A stretch of 64,000 bases of DNA from Thermodesulfobacteriota bacterium. GTDB taxonomy: Bacteria > Desulfobacterota > BSN033 > UBA1163. The notes beneath the pieces are model-generated. The model did no database searches. It saw only the letters and a list, made by a program, of their open reading frames with translations, and was not told where the DNA came from. Where the stretch lies: NCBI GenBank assembly GCA_047519465.1, contig JAPVTA010000151.1, positions 54,534-118,533 on the forward strand, read 5' to 3'. How positions within the stretch are numbered: the first letter of the stretch is position 1; each line of letters starts with the position of its first letter. This document shows, in pieces, positions 55,274 through 62,279 of this stretch. Made by a program: the position numbers and the translations under genes.

Positions 55274-56998
55274 ATGTACGAAAGGTTGAATCTCGACACA
55301 CATGACCGAAGCATCTCAGGGTTAAGAACGCTTCGAGTCCCTGAGGATGAGGATATCTTCTGGTTTCGGGATGATCTACACCAGCCCTATCCCATCTCTC
55401 CCTTGGGAATGACCACTATTCAAAAACATCATTCCTGGGGGTATCACGTGGCCGCCGAGGAGACGAAATTGCCGCCTTCCAAAGGGGGTCATGTCAAAGT
55501 TTATAAGGGAAGAGTCTTCTTAGGATTCGAGGGGATTACGGATGCCGAGGAGGTCGGCAGAAGGGCTGCCGAATTTGGAAAGCTCCTCGATTACTGCAAA
55601 ACTCACTGGGATGAATATTACACGCTCCATATCGAAGAGGTGAAGCAGGGTCTTCACTTCATGGCCAGTGTGAATGATGGGATGTCCGACCACGATTTAC
55701 ACTATGCCCTCCGCAGAAGCGAGGAGATTAATAAGAGAAACTGGGAGATTCACTTCACGTTAATGTATGTGGCGGACGCCCTCTATTTTGAATTCGAAGC
55801 CTTCTGCAAGGAGCATGGATCGGAGGAGAAGGACTTCGTCGGTATGCTCAAGGGTCTTGAGACCATGGCCACGAGAACAGACCTCTCGCTGTGGGAGCTG
55901 ACGAAGTCGGCAGAGGAGTTGAAAATAGGTGAAACCTTCCTCCAGAAGGACCCCAAATTGCTTTTAGGTGAGCTGGAGAAAGATTCAAAAGCAGTGAAAT
56001 GGTTGGAGGCATTTCACAAATTTTTGGATGTCTTTGGCCACCGGATTACAGCCGCTCACCTGGATGTCATGTTTCCAACATGGATCGAGGACCCCTCACC
56101 CGTGATGGAAACGATCAGGACCTATATCCCCAAGGTGAGACAGGGGTGGGAATACAAAGGGGAGAGGGAGAAGATGTTGAAAGAGGGGCAAGAGACGGTG
56201 GATCATTTCATGGCCAAACTGAAAGATGAAGAAAAGCAGAAGTTTAAACAACTTCTCGACATAGGCAAGAAGATCTATCAATTTCAAGAGGATCATGGCT
56301 TTTACATCGATGGGGCCTCCACCGCCCGGCTGCATGATGTGGCCATGGTCTGCGGAAGAAGACTAAAACAGTATGGGCTTCTCGAGACACCGGAAGATGT
56401 CTTTTTCCTCAACTACAGCGAGCTCGAGGAGGTGCTGTCCGGCTTGGCCCGAAACCGGGCAGCGGCCGTCTATCACTACCGTCGGATGGTAGCTCCCTTG
56501 GTTAAAGAAAGGAAATGGGGATGGTATCAGGTTGGAGAGATTCAGGAGGCTCCCCTCACCCTTGGAGCCGCCCCTGAAAAGCTAAACGATCCGATCATGA
56601 TCAAAGTCTTTGGAATGATCGATGAAGTGATTAAGGCGGGAAAGGTCGAAGAATTGAAGGTCATGGATGTCTTCGAGGGTTATCCTGGGGCCCCGGGTAT
56701 TGTGGAAGGCCCGGCGCGGGTGATCACAAGCTTTGAAGGCTTTCCGAAGTTGCAGCCCGGGGAGATTCTCGTCTGTCCATATACGGCCACGGCTTGGACA
56801 CCTCTCTTTCCGAAGATCAAGGGAGTGGTCACGGATACCGGCGGGATGCTGACCCATGCGGCGATCACGGCGAGAGAGTATCGAATTCCAGCGGTGGTTG
56901 GGACGTGGAGGGCGACCCGATCCATTTCGGATGGAGACATCATCAGGGTGGATGGCAACGCAGGGACCGTAGAGGTCTTGAAGAAGGCGAAAACCTGA
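55274..56998 (+). CDS. PEP-utilising-enzyme mobile (phosphohistidine swivel) domain protein with a large N-terminal substrate-domain candidate (phenylphosphate synthase alpha / rifampin-phosphotransferase-like architecture)
   Basis: The C-terminal domain is GYPGAPGIVEGPARVI....L.PGEILVCPYTATAWTPLF..IKGVVTDTGGMLTHAAITAREYRIPAVVGT, where TH is the phospho-His. The protein ends right after the swivel domain and has no PEP/pyruvate TIM barrel. The N-terminus contains FWFRDDLHQPYPISPL. Confidence 0.75.
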   Translation: MYERLNLDTHDRSISGLRTLRVPEDEDIFWFRDDLHQPYPISPLGMTTIQKHHSWGYHVAAEETKLPPSKGGHVKVYKGRVFLGFEGITDAEEVGRRAAEFGKLLDYCKTHWDEYYTLHIEEVKQGLHFMASVNDGMSDHDLHYALRRSEEINKRNWEIHFTLMYVADALYFEFEAFCKEHGSEEKDFVGMLKGLETMATRTDLSLWELTKSAEELKIGETFLQKDPKLLLGELEKDSKAVKWLEAFHKFLDVFGHRITAAHLDVMFPTWIEDPSPVMETIRTYIPKVRQGWEYKGEREKMLKEGQETVDHFMAKLKDEEKQKFKQLLDIGKKIYQFQEDHGFYIDGASTARLHDVAMVCGRRLKQYGLLETPEDVFFLNYSELEEVLSGLARNRAAAVYHYRRMVAPLVKERKWGWYQVGEIQEAPLTLGAAPEKLNDPIMIKVFGMIDEVIKAGKVEELKVMDVFEGYPGAPGIVEGPARVITSFEGFPKLQPGEILVCPYTATAWTPLFPKIKGVVTDTGGMLTHAAITAREYRIPAVVGTWRATRSISDGDIIRVDGNAGTVEVLKKAKT

Positions 56999-57011
56999 GG
57001 CAAAGATCCCT

Positions 57012-58856
57012 ATGCCGTTTCGGAAAAGGCTTGCAAAGATCGATTTAACTGAAAGAAAAGTAGAGGTTGAGGAACTGCCTGAAGGGATCGTGACGAAATT
57101 TCTTGGGGGCAGGGGGATGAATATGTACCTTCTCGCAAAACGGTTTCATCCCAGGATCGATCCTCTCGGTCCGGAGAATCCTCTCGTGTTTGGTATAGGA
57201 TACTTAACAGGAACGCTGAGCCTCGGAGGCCGGATGAATGTCTCGGCCATCTCTCCTGAAACAGGGTATCTGGGTGATGCCAATATGGGGGGGGATTTTG
57301 GAGCGGAACTCGCATACACCGGACTCTCGCATCTTGTCATCAGTGGAAGGAGTGAGAACCCTGTTTATCTATCGATTGAAAATAACCGAATTGAAATTCG
57401 CGATGCCCGGCCTTTGATAGGGCTCGATACCGTTCAAACGCAAAAGGCGATCCGGCACGAATTGGGAGATAAGAAGATCCAGGTGGCTTGCATCGGTCTT
57501 GCTGGAGAAAACCTCGTAAGGTTTGCGGGGGTGAGAAGCGGTTTGAAGAGCAGCGCGGCCCGAACCGGAATGGGTGCGGTGATGGGATCCAAAAAATTAA
57601 AAGCGATAGCGGTTCGGGGGACTCAGGATCTCCCTGTGAGGGATCCTCGAGGGCTCTTGAGTTATTACCAGGATCTTGTGAAGGGCCTGATGGAGAGAAA
57701 ATGGGTACAGGCCCTTGGTCGGTTCGGAACGCCATTGATGGTTGCCACAGGGAATGCGATCGGCCTGTTGGCGGTGCACAATCACCAAAGGACCAGTGTG
57801 GGCGAAGCAGGATCGGCCCTGGTAGCAGAAAACCTGGATCGATATTCGACCGGAATGGTCGCTTGCAGGAGTTGCCCGGTTCATTGCCGCCATCGGCTCA
57901 GGATAAACGATGACATCACCGGAGAGGGGCCTGAGTATGCCTCCGTCGGGTCCATGGGATGGAAGATCGGAAGTTTGAATCTGGACAACATTCTCCATGC
58001 GGCAGAACTCTGCAACCGCTACGGGTTGGATACCATCTCGACAGGCTCTTATATTGCCTGGGCCATGGAACTTTACCAGAGAGGAATTATTGATGAAAAG
58101 GTGGTCGGCTTTCCATTGGATTGGGGGGATCGAGAAGGAATCGAAAAGATCATCCACGGGATTGCCCGAAGAGAAGGGTTTGGTGATCTTTTGGCGGAGG
58201 GATCCTTCGCGCGAGAGCGATTAGGGTCGAAGGCCGCCGAATTCCTTTTACAGGTGAAGAACCTCCCTTTTGAGATGACCGATGAGAGGCCCACAAAAAG
58301 TTTCTCTCTGGGAATGGCGACAGCCAGCCGGGGAGCCTGCCACATGCGAAGCAGACCGTCTTTAGATGTTCTCATGCTTCCCTCTCCCCTCCTGGAGAAA
58401 CTCTATGGGGGAGGAGTCAGCAACGATTTCACCTCCTACCGGGGAAAAGGAAGAATGGTCTGGTGGCATGAACTTCTCTATGCCGTCGCCGATTCTCTTG
58501 GCGTTTGCAGATTCATGGCCGTCTTCAGCAGTCCTCATTCTCCACAGTATAAAGAATTTAGCAATCTCATCACGCTCGCTTCGGGGCTGAAGATTTCAGA
58601 AGAAGATTTAAAGAAGGTGGGGGAAAGAATCTGCACTTTGGAGAGGAGAATGCTCAACTTGTGGGGGATCGACCGCAGACAGGATCGACTTCCCGACAGG
58701 TACTTCGAACCGATTGCGGATGGACCGGCCGAGGGGCACCGGATTGATCCGATCGGATTCAACACAATGTTAGAGGAATACTATGACCTTCACGGTTGGG
58801 ACCGAGACGGAAGAGTCACCCAGGAAGGAATAAAAAGGCTGGAAATCCCACTTTGA
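57012..58856 (+). CDS. Aldehyde:ferredoxin oxidoreductase family tungsto-/molybdopterin enzyme
   Basis: Motifs ..FLGGRG.N.YLL, GGR.NVSAISPETG, GENLVRFA, ACRSCPVHC (Cx2Cx3C), GEGPEYASVGSMG, CNRYGLDTISTG, ATASRGACH and DSLGVCRF are present. Confidence 0.88.
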   Translation: MPFRKRLAKIDLTERKVEVEELPEGIVTKFLGGRGMNMYLLAKRFHPRIDPLGPENPLVFGIGYLTGTLSLGGRMNVSAISPETGYLGDANMGGDFGAELAYTGLSHLVISGRSENPVYLSIENNRIEIRDARPLIGLDTVQTQKAIRHELGDKKIQVACIGLAGENLVRFAGVRSGLKSSAARTGMGAVMGSKKLKAIAVRGTQDLPVRDPRGLLSYYQDLVKGLMERKWVQALGRFGTPLMVATGNAIGLLAVHNHQRTSVGEAGSALVAENLDRYSTGMVACRSCPVHCRHRLRINDDITGEGPEYASVGSMGWKIGSLNLDNILHAAELCNRYGLDTISTGSYIAWAMELYQRGIIDEKVVGFPLDWGDREGIEKIIHGIARREGFGDLLAEGSFARERLGSKAAEFLLQVKNLPFEMTDERPTKSFSLGMATASRGACHMRSRPSLDVLMLPSPLLEKLYGGGVSNDFTSYRGKGRMVWWHELLYAVADSLGVCRFMAVFSSPHSPQYKEFSNLITLASGLKISEEDLKKVGERICTLERRMLNLWGIDRRQDRLPDRYFEPIADGPAEGHRIDPIGFNTMLEEYYDLHGWDRDGRVTQEGIKRLEIPL

Positions 58857-58875
58857 AACGGGAAAAGATATTTCC

Positions 58876-59316
58876 ATGAGAATTGGGATCGAAAAAATGA
58901 AGTGCACGGGTTGTCATCTCTGTGAGATGGTCTGTTCCCTCTTTCATTCGGGCGCCATCAACCCTTCCAAGTCGGCGATCCGCATTTTAAAGGACGATCT
59001 GGAGACCGATCTGCATACGCCTGTGGTTTGCCATCAATGTAAAAAGATGACGTGCCTTAAGGAGGAAGAGGCTGATGAAGCGATCGAGAAGTCCAAATTT
59101 ATCTGGCCGAGCCGGAGAGCGGACGTCTGTCCCTTTGACGGGTTGACGGTTTTCGAAGATTCGGCCTATCACTGCGATCTTTGTGGAGGAAGCCCGCAAT
59201 GCGTCTCCGTCTGCACCAACGGTGCGATTTGGGTCAAAACCGGAAAGGGGGAGAACGCGAGGCTCATGAAAGGGGATGACGAAATATGCAAGGGAGGAAG
59301 AAAAGATGAGTTATGA
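58876..59316 (+). CDS. Small poly-[4Fe-4S] ferredoxin-like electron-transfer subunit
   Basis: It shows CTGCHLCEMVC, then CHQCKKMTC, CPFDGL and CDLCGGSPQCVSVC. It lies 20 nt downstream of the AOR gene. Confidence 0.75.
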   Translation: MRIGIEKMKCTGCHLCEMVCSLFHSGAINPSKSAIRILKDDLETDLHTPVVCHQCKKMTCLKEEEADEAIEKSKFIWPSRRADVCPFDGLTVFEDSAYHCDLCGGSPQCVSVCTNGAIWVKTGKGENARLMKGDDEICKGGRKDEL

Positions 59317-60490
59317 AAAGCTTTTTTCGTCCGTCACGATGAGAGGCGTTACCTTTCCAAACCGTATCCAGCGGACATCCATGGTTTCCGGACTCTCTAC
59401 GGAGGAGGGTTGGGTCACAGAGGATTTAAAGAAGCGATATCAGAGGGAAGCAAAAGGCGGACCGGGATCCATTGTGGTTGAGGCGGCTGTCATTATCCCA
59501 TCGAAGAGCCCTTTCAATCTTCGGATCAGCGATGATCGCTTCGTACCCGGCCTGACCGAGGTGGTGAAGGCGATACGCGAAGCGAACCGTGAAGTCAAGA
59601 TTGGCATCCAGCTCATGCAACATCTTAAGCTTTCCCGAACGGGCTGGAGACAAAAGGTTGAGGATTTCAAAACGGAAGAACTTCCAAATATCGTGAATGA
59701 CCACGCGGCAGCTGCGAAGCGTGCCCGATCGGCCGGATTCGATTTTATTGAGATCCACATGGCCCATGCCTATGTTCTCTCTTCATTCTTATCCCGGGCG
59801 AACAAGAGAACCGACGGGTATGGAAGCAGTCTTGAAAACAGGATGAAGTTACCCATCGAGGTCTATCAGGCAGTGCGCCAGGCCGTCGGAAATGATTACC
59901 CTCTTGGTATCCGCATCAACGGCGAGGATTTCCACGTGGAGGGAAACACTTTAGCTCAGAGCACCCGGATCGCTAGGAGGTTTGCCGAGCTCGGGGTGGA
60001 CTATATCAGCGTCTCTGCTGGAAGTCGGTTCGAGGATGCGAAGATCCCACCCGAGGGGAGTCCCCCGGATCCGATGTCCGGCTACAGTGGCCATCGCATG
60101 AGCCCATGGTTCTGGTGGCCTGATGGGACCCACCTCTATCTGGCGGAGGGAATCAGAGAAGCGGTCCGGGAAGCCGGATTTAAGACTCCCGTTGTCGCAG
60201 CGGGCAAGATCAGGGAACCTAAACATGCCGAAGAGATCCTCGAAAAGGGCAAAGCCGACATGATCGGACTGTGCCGATCTCTCCTCTGCGACCCGGACTG
60301 GCCTATCAAAACAAAGGAAGGGAGAGAGAAGGAGATCGTTCGATGCGTTGCCTGTAACTGGTGCCTCGAAGCAGACTCAAGATATGAAAAGGTCAACTGT
60401 GACCGTTGGCCCGAAGGAAGCATCCACGCCCCTGCTTCTTTCCAAACAAAGATGGCGCGGCCCGGCCAATTCAAGAAGGAAGACCTGTGA
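59306..60490 (+). CDS. Old-yellow-enzyme-family FMN oxidoreductase with a C-terminal Cys cluster and no FAD/NAD(P) domain
   Basis: The protein reads MSYEKLFSSVTMRGVTFPNRI......EAAVI, then FDFIEIHMAHAYVLSSFLS...N.RTD.YGSSLENRM, then CVACNWC-x11-C. RBS GGGAGGAAG precedes the start. The gene overlaps the ferredoxin gene by 11 nt. Confidence 0.8.
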   Translation: MSYEKLFSSVTMRGVTFPNRIQRTSMVSGLSTEEGWVTEDLKKRYQREAKGGPGSIVVEAAVIIPSKSPFNLRISDDRFVPGLTEVVKAIREANREVKIGIQLMQHLKLSRTGWRQKVEDFKTEELPNIVNDHAAAAKRARSAGFDFIEIHMAHAYVLSSFLSRANKRTDGYGSSLENRMKLPIEVYQAVRQAVGNDYPLGIRINGEDFHVEGNTLAQSTRIARRFAELGVDYISVSAGSRFEDAKIPPEGSPPDPMSGYSGHRMSPWFWWPDGTHLYLAEGIREAVREAGFKTPVVAAGKIREPKHAEEILEKGKADMIGLCRSLLCDPDWPIKTKEGREKEIVRCVACNWCLEADSRYEKVNCDRWPEGSIHAPASFQTKMARPGQFKKEDL

Positions 60491-60532
60491 AATCAAACTC
60501 CGCGCGACAGAGATGAAAAGGAGTGGGTGAGG

Positions 60533-62188
60533 ATGAGCCTCATGGAATTTCCAAGATACAGAGAAGCCGACGTCGAGAAGTACACGAAATATAGGTGGTG
60601 GCTCGGAGTGACATTCAGCGACCTCCTTGATAAAGCGGCGGATCTCTATCCGAAGAAGGAAGCCTTGATTGACGATTGTGTCAGGTTGACGTATGGGGAA
60701 TTACGGGAACGAGTGGATCGGCTTGCGATCGGACTCCTCCATCTCGGTCTTGGGAAGGGAGATACGGTCTTGTTACAACTTCCGAACTGGGCTGAATTCG
60801 TCTTTTCCTATTTTGCTTTACAGAAGATAGGATCCATTCCTGTTCTACTCATTTCTGGATACAGGCAGCTCGAAGTGAGCCATCTCGGCCGCTTAACCGA
60901 AACGAAGGCATGGATTGTACCGGATCGCTACAGGAAAATGGATTATCTTTCCTTCATCGGAGAGGTGAAGAAAGAAAATCCCCAGCTCCGATATATTATC
61001 TCAGCCAGGGCTCAGAGTCAGGAGGGCATTTTCACCACAAGTCTGGAAAGAATCATGGAGAGAGAATTAAGCGATGAGGACCGGCATCAATTGGTGGCCA
61101 GGAGACCTGGCCCGAATGACGTGGCTCATATTCTTCCGTCGGGAGGAACGACGGGCTTGCCCAAAGGGATTCCCCGCACTCATAATGATTACATCTGCAA
61201 CGCAGAGTATGTGGCAAGAGTAGGGGAGATGAGCAGCCATGACATCTGGTTAGTGGCCGTTCCAGTCGGACATAATTTGGGCCTGCTGGTTGGAGTGACA
61301 GGGTGTCTCTTTATGGCGGCCAAGCTTGTTCTTCTCGATTCGACCAGGCCCGACGACATTTGCGTCACGATCCAGAGAGAGAAGGTCTCCTTCATGCCCA
61401 TTGTGCCTAGCTTGCTTAAGAGGATTCTCGACCTCGAGAGATTGGGGGAATATGATCTGAGTTCTCTTAAAAAGATCTCTGCTGGGGGAGAAGCAAGTTC
61501 CCCTGAGCTTGTCTGGAAGGCCTATGAGAAGATGGGCTGCACCTACATCAACGAATTTGGGATGAGTGAGGGATTGCTCTGTCGGACCCGCTTGGATGAC
61601 GACATCGAAACAATCAGGACGACCGTTGGAAAACCATGCTGTCCCTATGACAAGGTGAAGATCTTAGATGACGGAGGAAGAGAGCTCCCTTTGAATCGAG
61701 ACGGGGAATTGGCAGCGAAGGGACCGGGCATCTTTGCCGGCTACTTGAAGAACCCTGAAGAGAACAGGAAGTCTTTTACGAAGGATGGATTCTTTCGGAC
61801 AGGCGATCTGGCACGGATCGACGATTCAGGGAATATCCGGATCACAGGAAGGATAAAGGACATCATCATCCGTGGCGGGGAGAACATCAGCCCTGCGCAA
61901 GTGGAAGATCTCTTGATTTCCTTTCCAGGTGTTGCGGATGCGGCAGTCATTGGCATAGAGGACAAAGAGTTGGGTGAGAAGGTCTGTGCCTATATCCGGC
62001 CCGCTTCCGGAGCAAAATTAGACCCTGAGGAGATTAAGAAATTTATGGAAGGCCGGGGGGCTTCCAAATTACTCATCCCGGAACGGTTTGAGTTTATCGA
62101 TTCCCTTCCGATGACTCAGGCAGGAAAGCATGATAAAAAGGCTTTGAGAGACGACATCAAGCGAAGGACAGGGTCAGTCTCATTATAA
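60533..62188 (+). CDS. AMP-forming aryl-acid ligase (ANL superfamily; EntE/DhbE-like, possible aryl-CoA ligase)
   Basis: The N-terminus ..EKYTKYRWWLGVTFSDLLDKAADLYP.KEALID is EntE-like. It also has the AMP motif PSGGTTGLPKGIPRTHNDY, then GYLKNPE, FRTGDLA and a C-terminal GK. Confidence 0.85.
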   Translation: MSLMEFPRYREADVEKYTKYRWWLGVTFSDLLDKAADLYPKKEALIDDCVRLTYGELRERVDRLAIGLLHLGLGKGDTVLLQLPNWAEFVFSYFALQKIGSIPVLLISGYRQLEVSHLGRLTETKAWIVPDRYRKMDYLSFIGEVKKENPQLRYIISARAQSQEGIFTTSLERIMERELSDEDRHQLVARRPGPNDVAHILPSGGTTGLPKGIPRTHNDYICNAEYVARVGEMSSHDIWLVAVPVGHNLGLLVGVTGCLFMAAKLVLLDSTRPDDICVTIQREKVSFMPIVPSLLKRILDLERLGEYDLSSLKKISAGGEASSPELVWKAYEKMGCTYINEFGMSEGLLCRTRLDDDIETIRTTVGKPCCPYDKVKILDDGGRELPLNRDGELAAKGPGIFAGYLKNPEENRKSFTKDGFFRTGDLARIDDSGNIRITGRIKDIIIRGGENISPAQVEDLLISFPGVADAAVIGIEDKELGEKVCAYIRPASGAKLDPEEIKKFMEGRGASKLLIPERFEFIDSLPMTQAGKHDKKALRDDIKRRTGSVSL

Positions 62189-62279
62189 CAGATCAAGGAA
62201 CACCCAATCGAACAATTGCCATTCATTCTTCTTATGTTTTATAGAATCGATAGAAAGGTCGAAGGAGGTGCATCTACCC

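Noticed and set aside
57340-58375. Several 100-186-aa minus-strand and alternative-frame ORFs inside the AOR gene, and similar ORFs inside most large genes (for example 747-1043, 15895-16386, 40791-41408).
   Set aside because: They are entirely nested in strongly supported CDSs on the other strand or frame. Their composition is Pro/Arg/Ser/Gly-biased, which is typical of antisense reading of coding DNA.
57012-59316. The AOR plus ferredoxin pair as BamB/BamC of class II benzoyl-CoA reductase.
   Set aside because: The catalytic subunit shows blocks typical of canonical AOR (GEGPEYASVGS..., CNRYGLDTISTG, SRGACH). No BamDEFGHI-like heterodisulfide-reductase or NuoEFG-like genes are present. I keep it as a generic AOR-family call pending phylogeny.
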